From: Eledone cirrhosa
Lineage: Eukaryota
Assembly: GCA_964016885.1 (NCBI GenBank)
Contig: OZ024741.1
Location: 352,160,001 to 352,224,000, forward strand
Reading direction: 5' to 3'
DNA: 64,000 nt
The position numbers were made by a program, and so were the translations under genes. Numbering within the stretch: position 1 is the stretch's first letter; every line of letters begins with the position of its first letter. Below are positions 42,280 through 55,231 of this stretch, one piece after another. The notes beneath the pieces were generated by a model that did no database searches, was not told the DNA's origin, and saw nothing but the letters and a program-made list of their open reading frames with translations.

Positions 42280-43640
42280 AATCCCATGCTCGAACATCAG
42301 AACTATGCTAGACATATTTGTCCAATATGTCAATCTGCACTAATTGCACACATGCTGTCATGGGGGAATTTTGACATCACTGCTCTAAATGAAGGATGGC
42401 AACCTACAAGAGCATGGTGCTGGATACATCCTCCACTGGTCAGGCAAACCAGTAGCAGAAGGACACCTTTCAAGAATAGGCTTCCTGGTCAGAAATTCTA
42501 TTGCTTCCAAGCTTGAAAACCTGCCAACAAGTCATTCTGATCGCATCATCTCTGTACACCTCCCACTGAGTAATCAACAATATGCCACACTCTTCAGTGT
42601 GTACTTCCCAACTTTTCAAGCATATCCTGCAGAAAATAACAAGTTTTACTCTGATCTGCACGGTCTCTTGCAGGGCACACGGTTGACAGTCATAAGAACA
42701 AGTAGTGGACTAGCTTTGCTGAGAGAACTCAAGTTGTGCACAGACACTGGAGACATCAGGGGCTCCTATGAGGCCTCACAGGTGGTGTATGGCCCAACAT
42801 ATAAGGTCCAGTGTCCTTTGTGCAGTGCAGATGACAAGGTGCTCCTCACAGACAGGTCTATCTCAAGCTTCAGCGCTAACTGCATTGTTCAGAAATCAGC
42901 AATTCTCTTTCCCCAACAACCAGCCTGCAACTCAGGAAGAGTACACCCCCATATATTGCCATTGGCAAAACTGAACAGCCCATTGCTTCACTTTCATGGG
43001 ATGCACAATCACATCAGATGCCAAGATCGACAGGGAAATCAGCAACAGACTGGCACAGGTGAGCAGTGAATTTGGCAGACTGTACAAAAGTGTGTGGAAC
43101 AATAAATACTTAAAGAAGTGCCAAGATCCGAGTGTACAGAGCCATAGCCATATCACCCTTCTATATGGCTCAGTCGTGGGTCACTATTCAGGCGCTTCTA
43201 CACCATCCTCAACATCTACTAGAGGGACTTAGTTGCCAATGTTGAACGGGTGGAGGTCACCAGCATTGAAGACATGTTGCTGAAGTCCCAACTATGCTGG
43301 GCAAGGCACATCTCCAGAATGAAGGATCATCACCTGATCAGGTTCACGCAGTACAGCAAACTCTCCCCTGTCCATCGTGATGGGAGGGCACCAAGATCCC
43401 TTGGTGCCTGTCACATCGCCCATTGCCGGTGGTCTACCCTAGCTGAGAACAGTGACACCTAGCATCTCACAATCAACCATGCTGTTTTCTTTGAAAAGAA
43501 CCACTGAGCTAAAGGACAAAAGGCACAGAAGGAAGAACTACAAGGCCAAGTTGTTGCACCCTGACCAGACATTCAATTGTGCCTGCTTGCAGTCAATGTG
43601 AATCACCTCCTTCATAATCTTAGTTCACGAAGCCATGATA
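42280..43640 (+). mobile_element. Heavily deleted RTE (BovB-like) LINE
   Basis: GNLQEHGAGYILHWSGKP...SDRIISVHLPL (endonuclease), IDREISNRLAQVSSEFGRL, QLCWARHISRMKDH. Confidence 0.8.
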
Positions 43641-43649
43641 ATGATGTGT

Positions 43650-43935
43650 GCGTGTATATGCCCAGGCCACACTGAAAAGTGGTTGTGATGGCGACACGAC
43701 AAAAAGCACCCAGCCCACACTGTAAGGTGGTCGTGTAGGTGTCTCTACAGTAAACACCCAGTTCTCACTGTAAATGTGGTTGGCGTTAGGAAGGGCATCC
43801 AGCTGTAAAAACGAAGCCAAAATCAGTTTTGTATGAGCAAGACGTGATCCCCTGACCTGGCATTTCTCACAGCTGAACAACTCATCTAACCTATGCTAGC
43901 ATGGAAAAATGGACGTTAAACGGTGATGATGATGA
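43650..43935 (+). mobile_element. RTE 3'UTR/tail fragment
   Basis: GGCGTTAGGAAGGGCATCCAGC...GGACGTTAAACG(ATG)n. Confidence 0.85.
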
Positions 43936-44009
43936 TATAAGATATGTGTGTGTATTAGTGTAGAAGCTTTCATCCTGTTGGTTAAAAAAGTCATCAACGG
44001 CAGATATGA

Positions 44010-44295
44010 TATATCATCATCACTGGTTTCCAGCAATGTGTTTTTTCATGTTGGGGAAGAGATGATAGTCAGATGGTCCAAATGAGGAGAAAAAGGAGGG
44101 TGATCAACCATTGAAACTAAGTATTTATCTGCTGTAGCATTGTCCTGATAAAACAAGACCCCTTTCATCAATTTTCCATGGCATTCCATCTTGATAGCTT
44201 TCATAACTGCTTCAGCAAGTTGGCATTGTACTCTGCATTGATGGTGTGGCCCTTTTGATTATAGTCAATAAACACAATGCATTTTGCATCACCAA
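44010..44295 (-). mobile_element. Mariner transposase remnant
   Basis: Minus peptide IVFIDYNQKGHTINAEY...KGVLFYQDNA...DHPPFSPHL (YSPDL-like motif). Confidence 0.8.
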
Positions 44296-44899
44296 AACCT
44301 GAGCTAACTTTAATCCTAATCCTAATTTTAATAACATTAACGCTCACACGCTCATCTTTCTACAACTCTAACTTCACCAAAACAAACACTAAAACACAAA
44401 ACAAACCGTTTTTTAAGCAAGTTTTATCTTGTTTATTGTATTTTATTATAGTCTAGCTTCTCTTTCTCAGTTCTCTATAGCTTACTCTTTTTACCTTGAT
44501 TCCCCAAAACCTATATAACCCACCATATATATCATCATCATCATTGCCGTTAAACATCCATTTTTCCATGCTTGCATGGGTTAGACTAGTCGCTCACATC
44601 ATGAGACAAGTCTGGTTAGTTGGCCGTGCCGAAACTCAGTCAGACAGAAATGTAATTTGGCTGGGATTTTTACAGCTGGATGCCTTCCTAACACCAATCA
44701 CATTTACAGTGTGGAACTGAATGGCACCGTTATGAGGAGGGACAGACCAGTTGGCTGCTCCGTACTCTGCTCACATCAGAACCATAGTTTGGGAGATGGG
44801 TGTTCCCATTATGAGGGACGTCTGGCCAGTTAGCCGCACCAAGCCTATCTCATTGTGGATTGAGCCCTGGTTGGCACCGTTATAAGGGTGGTTATATAT

Positions 44900-47800
44900 A
44901 TATATGTGTATTTAATTGTTCATATGTTTGTTTCTGTGTATGTTTGTCTCCTAAGCATTTAAAAACCAGTGGCCCAAACATGTTGAAATAGGTTTTCCTT
45001 AAACTTGGACCTACATTCATTTATCTATATGTTTGTTTATCTGAGTTTGGAAAAATGACAGAAAGTAACAGAGATTAAGAAAGCAAAGAAAGTGAGCAAT
45101 ATGTGTTCAAACATCCCTCCCTCCCTCTCCCCTGCATTCAATCAACATATTAGCCTTCCTCTCCTCTATCAGCAGCTGCACATGAGGAGAGAAAGAAAGC
45201 AAAGGAAATGAATATGTGTTTTGATTTATGGAAACACTACTAAAAATAACATTTGTGAAACGTAATATTTTTTTTTTTGCTTATTCATTTCTGTTAGGTT
45301 TTTGTTGTTCTGAAAGTTAATGCAGTGAGTCCTCATTTAACAAAAATTTGACTCAACACTTAGTGTTTTGTTGTTGTTTCCGAAAAATATCTGAAAGTTA
45401 ATGCAGTAAGTCGTTATTCAACAAAACTTGACTTATCTTAGATCCATCATTAACAGAAAAAATACAAATTTTTATATAAAAATTATTGACTTTGGAAGCT
45501 GCAAGCAAAATATGCTACTAAAAATTAGACCTTCGTTTGGAAGAAAGTCTCATAAAGCTATGGCAAAGCATCTTAGAAATGGAGAATTAAAGGGAAGAGC
45601 AGCAAGAAGAAAGAGTTCAAAAACAAAGAAAAACAAGATTGAAATAAATCAGAACAACAAAAATAAGAAATCCTTGCTGATGATTAGAAAAGGAAAGCAA
45701 CTATTGGACAAGAAGAATCAGATGTACGAAAATCATCAAGATAGCAAATGAAGAGATCTAGAGCAGTTCAAAGGCAGCATGATGAAACTGAAGCTCAAAA
45801 AGGCTAAGTGAACAGAGAGCAAAGCAGAAGATTTACGGTTTAACCCTTTAGCATTCGCATTAATTTTCAAACGTCATCCTAATCTGTTCGCATTGGCAGT
45901 ATCGGTAGAGAGTCGGACGCCATGCTTTGGATCAGAGTTATTTCCCTTTATGATCTGAGTTCAAATCCCGCCGAGGTTAACTTTGCCTTTCATCTTATGG
46001 GGTCGATAAAATAAAGTACCAGTAATGCACTGGGTAATTGTTGGCCTTGTGCCAAAAGTAGAAACAATTATTTTGAGTTAATCATACTCAAGAGGGTTAT
46101 CAATTTTATTTGTTTGTAATTTTCTTAATTTTCTATGTGCAGGCTTGAAATTTTGTCAGTAGATGTTTAAATATCAATAATTTACAATTATATAATTTTA
46201 CCTGATTTTTTTTTTTGGTCAAATTTGACATTTATGGGCAGGTGAAATTAATTAATAGAGGCATTTGAAGTATCAACCAGGTGCAAATACTGGTTTAATT
46301 TTAAATACATTGTTTTCGGCATAATACTTGATATATAAGAATCACTAAACCTTAAATCAGTGTTCCAGTAATTCCACAGTCTTGGAAATTGTTTTATACC
46401 GAACATAATATTTATGGTAAAAAATGCTTGCATTTCCGCAGCATATGTTGGTCGCCAAACAGATCGGGTGTTCCTTGATTTGAAATCTGTTGTTGGGCAT
46501 ATCGATTAATCTCTTCTGCCACAATTTCGAAAAAAGTTTGTGGTAAAAACATAAAGAAATAATCCAGTGCTTTAGCATCGGGTGCTAATGTGTGTTGTGG
46601 ACCAGTAATTTTAACAAAATCGGGAACATATATTAGTGTGGTATTTTTCAATGGCGCCCTGGAGATCTTCGTTTTCACTTTCAAAACAATCATCGTCGGT
46701 CGAAATTTTAGAAATATAAACATCAGATTCATTTGAAGATAAATCACTAATATTATCGTTTGTTTCTTGTTTATTCTGCATGTCATTGTGTGTAAAACCT
46801 TCAAAGTCGGTATCGCTACTTTCATAAGCTATGTTGATACAAAAAAAATTTTTTTGCACTTTCAAAGTTAAAAAAACGCTTGTTGTTTTAAGTTGTTTCA
46901 CTATATTAAGTGTTAATTTTCGCGGTAAGAGCCTAATCTCGCAGCAGTCTCGAATTAACGAGATTTTGATGATGGTTTGTTTATTTTTAGAAAATTTTTT
47001 TAGTGTGGTTGTTTTCGGGCAGTTTGAACAAATGAAGGGGAAATAATTTTGGCCGATTTCAACACTAAAGGGTTAAAAAGTTTCTTGGGTGGAACTTTTC
47101 CCCTTTTAGTTACAATCCACATCAGAACTAGGCCTTAGAACTTTTAATTCAAATTTCTTCAATGAACAAAATTTGTCAAAATTGTGGTGCTAAAAAATGG
47201 AATGGTGAGTCAACTGGATTGTGCTGTTCAAATGAAAAGATCAAATCCAAAGTATTACATGAACCACTAGAACTCTTGAGAGGACTACTAATTGGTACAA
47301 CCACTAGATCAAAACACTTTCTTCAAAATATCCAGAAGTATAACAATGCATTCCAAATAACATCATTTGGTGCAAACGTCATCCATGAATGTATATTTAT
47401 GCCTACTTTTAAGATCCAAGGGCAAGTGTTCCACATATTTGGACCACTTCAGCTACATTCAGAAGAACCAAAATATTTACAACTGTATTTCATCAGTGAT
47501 AATGAAAAACCAGGCAAAGAAAAGACATGACGGGAAGAAAGAAACAAAGTATGAAATCATATTGCAACTATAAATTGACGAAACAGCTAATATGCCCTCG
47601 AAAATGCACCTGTAAAACTCAAAGAACTGATAAATGGTGACACAAGACCACCTTGAGAGCATTCATGTTGCTATAATGCACTTGACTGTAATTAAGTCGT
47701 TATTGTAGTATATGGAGAAGAGCATGGTAAATGTGACATAATACTTCATAGGAGAGATAATCAGTGACAGAGAATAAATGCTCTATGATGCTCTCCAATA

Positions 47801-48280
47801 TCCTTTAATTTATGTGAATGGTGAAGATGGATATCATTTTAAAATTCCTCAAAAAGATGAAAATGATAATACTGGGGAAAAAAGTCTCGCGTATGAATTT
47901 TTACTCCTAGCATTTTATGGTTCATGAACGCAATTTCAATTTTCTCCACCAAATGCAAAATTTGTTCCATCAATTTGCTGTGGACATGTATGCAAAAGTG
48001 GAGGTGGAATGATGAGCTTTCATAATATCCCACCAGAAAGAATTACGATCCAATTTATATATTTACTTAAGTTGTTGCTGAAGAGATTGAAAAGTTATGC
48101 ACCATCCAGCTTTACTGGTAGCCCCAGATATATGCATAAAAGAACATAGGATGCCATGACATATGTTTGGAACTTTGGTTGACCAGACCTATTCATAACT
48201 TTCACATGTAATCCAAAGTGGAAAGATATTCAAAATAATGGATGTTATCACAAAAGAAAATATCTTTGGACCAGTCAGAT
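44900..48280 (+). mobile_element. Degenerate Helitron (Rep N-terminal region), split by a piggyBac insertion
   Basis: MNKICQNCGAKKWNGESTGLCCSN, YNNAFQITSFG, PTFKIQGQVFH, YDALQYPL, PSSFTGSPRYM, PDLFITFTCNPKW; 5' boundary approximate. Confidence 0.88.
45844..47072 (-). mobile_element. Internally deleted piggyBac element with both TIRs and TTAA TSDs; contains a SINE family 1 copy (45892-46069, +)
   Basis: TTAA|CCCTTTAG...CTAAAGGG|TTAA; PGBD4-like N-terminal peptides ALDYFFMFLPQTFFEIVAEEINRYAQQ and GIKQFPRLWNYWNTD. Confidence 0.92.
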
Positions 48281-48318
48281 GCCATGTGTGTGTGTGTGTA
48301 TGTATGTGTATACACATA

Positions 48319-49109
48319 TCTATACATATATATAAAACTGAAGTTGTCTGTGTGTGTCCCCTAATTTTGGAAAGTCTATACAAATCCACATTTCTACTCC
48401 GATTGACTTCAAACTTGCATTTATATATTCCTTGCGGTCTAAAGATATTAACTGCAGCTTTTATTTTTCAATTTTCTGTTGTTAAAGGCGTTTTTTTTCA
48501 CTAAAACTTTAAGCCCTTTTTGTCAGTTCAACAATTTTGTCTACAATGTTCAAGAGAGACAACTCTTTAGTATTTTGAAAGAGTTACTTCTCTTTATAGA
48601 CTATATTATCCCTACTTAAACGTACATCCCTTGGAATTGTTGATGGTGACCCCAATAGTAACTCCGAAGCGTTTGGCATCTGATATAACAGTTCGGTCTA
48701 TATCAGATTGGGTAGATTTTTGTAGGTCTATATCAGATTGGGTAGATTTTTGTAACCTTAAAAGTATCCAACTAAATTCCTTCATGCTCTCCACCACTGC
48801 AGTCCCACATGCTTACTGCTCTATAACTTTCATTGTACCATAGCACAACAAATACATGTTCGGTTTGTCAAATGCCTTTTCACTTAACCCAATCATCTTG
48901 GCTTTCGTGGCACCCAATTAAGGCACCCAATTAGGCACCCAATTAAGTTAAATCCTGGTAATATACGACAAATTTTTTTTATAAGCACAAAATGTAGACA
49001 CCATCCCCAGGCCAATGTATTCCGTACTTCTCTGTACTGTTTCAGAAAGGAGGGATAAACATGCCAATCTATGTTTAGAAGCCCGAGCAATGCCGGGCCA
49101 TTCTGCTAG
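48319..49109 (+). mobile_element. Non-autonomous Helitron
   Basis: A|TC 5' end, subterminal hairpin GCCCG-AGCAATGC-CGGGC, CTAG|T 3' end. Confidence 0.8.
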
Positions 49110-49149
49110 TATGTATATATATATATAGTTGAAAATGAACAACAAAACA

Positions 49150-49228
49150 CTGGAGGCAATTTTACACAGTTATATTAGGTTCATGCTTGGTGGAAGTGGA
49201 GGAAGTTTCAACGTTTTGGACAGAAGTC

Positions 49229-49299
<71 letters not shown>

Positions 49300-50020
49300 C
49301 GCACGCACGCACGCGCACACACACACGCGCACGCACACGTGTGTGTGTGTCAATGAACTGAGAGAGAAACTGAGCATAAGAGGGATTAGATGTAGTGTGC
49401 AGGAGAGGAGATTGTGTTGGTAGAGAGATGTGATGCATATGAAGGATAACAACTGTATAAAAAGGTGCAGGAAGTTCAAAGTTCACGGAAACTCTGGAGT
49501 AGGAATATCTAGGAGGACTTGGGATGAGGTGATAAAAACTGACCTTGCACGATTGAACCTCTCAAAAGTGACGACACAGTATCGAGATCTCTGTAATACA
49601 GAAGACCACCTTCCCTCATGTTGGAACATACATCTCTCCCAAACCCCCTCTCCCTCTTCTATATAGCTCCCACGTCCTTACATCCCACCCGTCACTCATG
49701 TCCCTATACCCTACCTTTCACCAAATAACTCCCCCACCATAGATCTACTTCTCCTTCCTAGTCCACACTGCAAAGTGGTCATGTTGATGCCATGACAAAA
49801 AGCATGGAAACCTCACTGTAAAGTGGTTGTGTAGTTGCCATGACTAAAAGCGCCCAGTACACACTGTAAATATAGTTGGCGTTAGAAAGGGCATCCTACC
49901 ATAGTTCTATCATCAGTTTTATGTGAGTGAGACACGGTCATCTGATCTGGCTTGTCTCACAGTGGTACAACTCATCTAACCCATGTTAGTGTTGAAAAAT
50001 GAATGTTAAACGGTGATGAT
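49150..50020 (+). mobile_element. RTE 3' fragment interrupted by a (CT)n/(CA)n microsatellite
   Basis: NELREKLSIRGIRCSVQERRLCW; shared UTR and tail. Confidence 0.85.
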
Positions 50021-50022
50021 GA

Positions 50023-50208
50023 TAATTGTTTCTACTTTAGGCACAAGGCCAGCAATTACCCAGTGCATTACTGGTACTTTATTTTATCGACCCCGTAAGG
50101 ATGAAAGGCAAAGTTAACCTCGGCGGGATTTGAACTCAGACCGTAAAGGGACGTAACTATGCTGGAAAGCATGGCGTCCAACTCTCTACCGATACTGCCA
50201 ATCCACCG
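50023..50208 (-). mobile_element. SINE family 1
   Basis: Consensus match. Confidence 0.93.
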
Positions 50209-50439
50209 ATAATAATGATGTGTATATATGTATATCTATGTTTGTGTGTGTGTGTGCATTTGTATATAAATGTATAAAAAAACTGAATCGGTGCTCCAAC
50301 ATACTGTTATACACATATGAATTTTTAAGGTTGTAACCAACATCACACACATAACCTCAGCAAAAGCAAGGGTACATAATCGACAATGCGTTGTTTCTCA
50401 CTCATTGTATTCATCTAAACAAGAGAGAGAGAAAGAGAA

Positions 50440-50576
50440 ACAGACACATCCTGACCATTGAATGCAGCATAGGCATCCTGCAAACCAAGGAAACCTTTCT
50501 GATTAAGCAATTAGAGCCTCCTATTAATAACAGAATAGAAAGAAACAGCAGAGTGGCTGATGAACTAATCCTCTAG
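50440..50576 (+). mobile_element. Possible Penelope-like GIY-YIG C-terminal remnant
   Basis: HILTIECSIGILQTKETFLIKQLEPPINNR resembles the ILxxE...RxxKExxxIxxxxPxLN end of Penelope-like ORFs. Confidence 0.5.
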
Positions 50577-51561
50577 ATCCAATGTACGCATTAATGCAAT
50601 CACATGCAGACGTGCGATACACACGATTGCTGGTACACTGTTTTATACATATATGTATACTTACATATTTACTCTCACATTTACATATATATATACACAG
50701 GTGTGGCTACATTTATGTACACACATGCAAATATATGTTTACACACAACCTTATATATACACTCACATCGATACATAGATGACAAACCAGCCACTCATGT
50801 GCGTTTGTATGCAGGTGTTTAAATCTTAACATGACAGTTTCAAAATAAACAGCAATGGGGGGGGGGGGGGGGTAATCTTTGATTTCTCCGAGGTTTCCCA
50901 CATGTATCCCTCTTGATAATGGATGGTAAATACAAAATGTTGGGTCTAATAAATTTACAATGGTAACAATTAGTAATTCTTGTCCTTTTGTTTTCCTCCT
51001 CCAACTTTTGGTTTCTACCCACACTCTCTCATTTGCCTTGGTATATCAAAACTCCCTGCATTGAATGCCTTCCTAAACATACCTACCCACCCCTAACACA
51101 CATGTATACAAAGTTTGTCCCAAAATTAAGGAAACTGATTCTCCTAAACATTCTCTCTTTTCACATATATGAAGTACTTTATTGACTCTAATTGTGTTGT
51201 ATTACTCTTGCTTCTTCTGTCATTAAATATCAAGTAGATGCTGATGATTGATGCCCAATTCACATTTTACGGCTCAATTTCCAGTCCTACCTCCCACATA
51301 ATTTCTCTTAACAGCTTATAAATCTCTTTCAAACTTAAATTAATATTTCTTTCCTAATCAGAGATGAAATCATTAAGACAGTATTTTTGTTGATTTTTGT
51401 TTTTTGTTGTGTTGAAAAGCGAATTTAACTTATTTAAAAAATTTAATCTTAGTTGTTTTATTTAGTTTCGTTCCTCTTATTAAGAAAGCTTCTTAAATTT
51501 TTTGCTTTATTCAGTTTAGTTATGTCTAGAGAAGGCCATGAATTTTTTCTGTTATTTTTTC

Positions 51562-51595
<34 letters not shown>

Positions 51596-51599
51596 AGTG

Positions 51600-51892
51600 T
51601 ATGTATGCAAAAGGTAAATAGAAATAAAGCAAATGACACAGTACAATGAAAAAATATATTATTAGTTTTATACGTGATATAGTAAGAAAAGAGTCTTAAC
51701 GTTTCGAACACTAGTCCTTCTTCGGAAAATAGAATGAGAAATTAAAGAAGAGATAGAAAGATTGAAAGAGGGGCAGGCTGGAAACATAAAAATTATTTTT
51801 TTCTGATGAAGGACTAGCATCCAAAACGTTAAGACTCTTTTCCTGCTATATCAAGCGTTTGCTTTGTTATTTGTTTACCTTTTGCATACATA
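51600..51892. repeat. Imperfect inverted repeat with degenerate minimal hammerhead motifs on both strands (51694-51729 minus; 51799-51834 plus)
   Basis: Plus CTGATGAAGGACTAGCATCCAAAACGTTAAGA; minus CCGAAGAAGGACTAGTGTTCGAAACGTTAAGA; flanked by (TA)n. Confidence 0.75.
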
Positions 51893-52475
51893 TATATATT
51901 ATAATTTTAACTTCCACTTTCCTTCTAGCAAATGTTGGATGTGTCTATATAGACCGAGTCAGTACTGAAGCGGAGCCACTGGTCTCCCAAGCAAGCTAGG
52001 AACTGTGTCTCGCTTATGTGCAGTTTCACTTTAATTTGAGTGCTCAGGAGAGTGCTCATTTATTTGGCAAGATTTCTACAGCTGGATGTCCTTCCTATCA
52101 CCAACACTAGGGAGGTTGTCATTCCCATGACACGATTGAAGAGTCTTCCCGACCCTTTATTTGGTTGCTTTGTTTGGTTTCTACCACCAACCACTTCGCT
52201 TTTGGGGGCTCCCAGGTGGGGGTTGAAGTATATATTCTACACTTGTCCCTACTCATAGCGATGTCATCTAGTACCGGCCCCCAAAACGATGGTTTTGGCA
52301 TTGCCAACTAGCCTGTCCCTCCTCATTGTAGTGCCATCTAGTATCAGGCACTAAAACTATGGTTCCGCTGTGAGATGGCTCCGGTGCAGCCAACTGGCCT
52401 GTCCCTCCAGTTCCACTCCTTAAATGTGGTTGGTGTTAGGAAGGACATCCAGCTGTAAAAGACCCAGCCAAATTT

Positions 52476-52486
52476 ATGTGTGTATG

Positions 52487-52525
<39 letters not shown>

Positions 52526-52592
52526 ATGTATATATATATATGTGTGTATGTATATATATATATGTGTGTATGTATATATATATATATGTGTG

Positions 52593-52629
<37 letters not shown>

Positions 52630-52708
52630 ATGTATATATATATATATATGTGTATGTATATAGATGTGTGTGTGTATGTATATATATGTGTGTGTGTGTA
52701 TGTATATA

Positions 52709-52745
<37 letters not shown>

Positions 52746-52937
52746 ATGTATATGCGCGGGGACATAGAAATAATCGGGCTGGATACACGATCACGCGGTT
52801 AAACAAATGGGAGTGAAGAGCATTCTTCCTTTCGGGTTATAGCTACTGTCACTCAGAGAGTGAGATTGACTCAGTGCACAGTCTTTCCTCACGCACCGGC
52901 ATTGCACTATGGCATTAATTAATAATGTAATTATGTA

Positions 52938-52988
<51 letters not shown>

Positions 52989-53072
52989 ATATATGTGTAT
53001 ATATAGGTGTATGTGTGTATATATGTGTATATATAGGTGTATGTATGTATATATATATATATATATGTGTAT
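52476..53072. repeat. (TA)n/(TG)n microsatellite blocks (52476-52752, 52932-53072)
   Basis: Direct inspection. Confidence 0.97.
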
Positions 53073-53076
53073 GTCA

Positions 53077-53154
53077 GGTCACCAGTCGGTGCTACTGGTA
53101 AGATGTATCCCAGTACAACCTGACTCATGGTCGGGTCGTTGGCGACTAAACTGG
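53077..53154 (+). ncRNA. Degenerate HDV-like ribozyme candidate at the start of an RTE-5'UTR-like sequence (to ~53680)
   Basis: P1 GGUCAC/AUGGUC, P2 CCAGU/ACUGG, CC/GG for P1.1, P4 UCG(uugg)CGA, J4/2 CUAA; P3 poorly paired. Confidence 0.5.
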
Positions 53155-53734
53155 CAACCCCACCAAGGTTTCTTGGTGAGGAGGGTGACTTTGGACATCC
53201 TGCAGGACTAAAAACAAAACCTGTCAAAGGGTAAAGGAGCTCTTAAGAGTCAATGCCCATCCAAAATCACCGGGAGAGATGACCCCTTAGCCTTTGTCAA
53301 GGCAGAATTTTAGGAGAAGGAAAACTCTGATATAACACCTGCAACCCTGATGGTATCCAATGATGTTGACTTGTTCTTCTTTTTGGTAAATATCATCTTG
53401 GTTAAGAGAGTGGGGCTGGCTTTGTGCAGTGCCTTTGCTCACTATAAAAGCTTCACAGCACAGGCATTGCTTTATATCTGGAGATCTCTCTGCACTTGTC
53501 GTCACATGGTACCATGGGCCCAGCACTATGTATCAATAATTGTCACAAGTGTAGTGTTTGTACCAGAGTTTTCAAGTCGCTGGCTGGACTAATAAGTCAC
53601 ACTTGTTCAGCGCATCGGTAGGGGTTCTCCTACATGGATATAAAGTAGTAGCCGTACTCGAAAACGAGTTGGCAGCCACCATATGTATGTGTATATAAAT
53701 GTATGTATATATATGTATTTATGTATATATCATA

Positions 53735-54030
53735 ATCTTCGTTTAACGCCCATCTTCCACGCTAGCATGGGTTAGACAGGAGTTGTCCCACTTGAGGCAA
53801 GGTTGGTCGGGTGACCGTGTCTTGCTCATATAGGACTATCTGGCAGGTTTTCTGCGGCTGGATGTCCTTCCTAACACCAACCACATTTACAGTGTGGAAC
53901 TGGGAACTTTTTACCATGTTATCTACATGGCCTCATTTACAGCGTGGACTGTGTTTTTTTGTCGTGACACCTACACGATCTCGATCTCATTATCTCATTT
54001 ATTTGGACTGGATGTTGTGGTACCAACTTT
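53735..54030 (-). mobile_element. RTE 3'UTR fragment
   Basis: Matches the family A UTR. Confidence 0.85.
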
Positions 54031-54444
54031 ACAGTCCACCCATCAAGGAGTAGTAACCGAGGTGGTAGCTTTGTTATACTGATTTGTTAGAGAACTTATT
54101 ATAAGCGGCTGAGTTATGATTGGACCATATAGCAATGGTGGTATGTGGGGGGGGGGGGGGGGGTAGGAGCGTGGGAAATGGGTAACTTTAGGAGAAGATT
54201 AGTTTTTAGGAAGGGTCCAACAGAATGAGACATATTATTAAAAAAACATGTAAAATATTAATTGAAAATCCAAGAGAAAAACAGAGAATTTGAATTCTAG
54301 ACTGGCATAAATAGAAGTTTAAAACACTGCTTATTGGGTCAACTTTATGGGTAACTTTAGAAGGTTAGTTTTTAGGAAGGGCCCAACTGAATGAGACATA
54401 TTATTAAAAACGTAAAATATTAATTGTATATATATATATATATC

Positions 54445-55125
54445 GCATAAACGAACTAAGGGAAAAATTAGAAATAGGAGGGATCAGATGTTGTTTACTA
54501 GAGAAAAGGCTACGTTGGTATGGTCACGTAATGCGCATGAAAGACGACAGCTGTATAAAAAAGTGCAGGGCAATAAAGATAGACGGTAGCCACGGAGTAG
54601 GCAGACCCAGAAAAACCTGGGACGACCTGATAAACTCTGACCTCACACACTTACACCTCTCCAAGACAATGTCACTGGACCGAGATCTTTGGCGGCACTC
54701 AGTAATAGAGAAGACCCGCCTTACCTAAATACAAAGTAAAACCTACTACAGTCAGTAGGCATCTCTAACAAAATACACCCCCGTCCCACCACCCCCACCC
54801 CATCCACACCGCCCCTTTCAATGTAAAGTTATGTTGGTGGTGCCACAACATCCAGGCCGAAACAAATGAGATCGTGTAGGTGTCACGACAAAAAAACACA
54901 CGGTCCACGCTGTAATGTGGCCGTGTAGGCAACACGGTAAAAACCTGCCAGTCCCACACTGTAAATGTGGTTGGTGTTAGGAAGGGCATCCAGTTGTAGA
55001 AAACCCGCCAAACAGTCCTATGCGAGCAAGACAACCACTCTTGCCTCAAGTGGGAAAACTCCCGTCCAAACCCATGCAAGCGTGGAATATGGACGTTAAA
55101 CGATGATGAGGATGATGATGATGAT
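54445..55125 (+). mobile_element. RTE LINE family A, 3' fragment
   Basis: MRMKDDSCIKKCRAIKIDGSHGVGRPRKTWDDL...EKTRLT; (ATG)n tail. Confidence 0.93.
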
Positions 55126-55188
55126 GATTATATATATATATATATTGCAAGCGTGGAAGATGGACGTTAAACGATGATGATGATGATG

Positions 55189-55226
<38 letters not shown>

Positions 55227-55231
55227 GTATT

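Noticed and set aside
50770-50860. TAGATGA...GTTTCAAAA as a decayed hammerhead after the putative Penelope ORF end
   Set aside because: Both core segments are mutated and the stems are ambiguous
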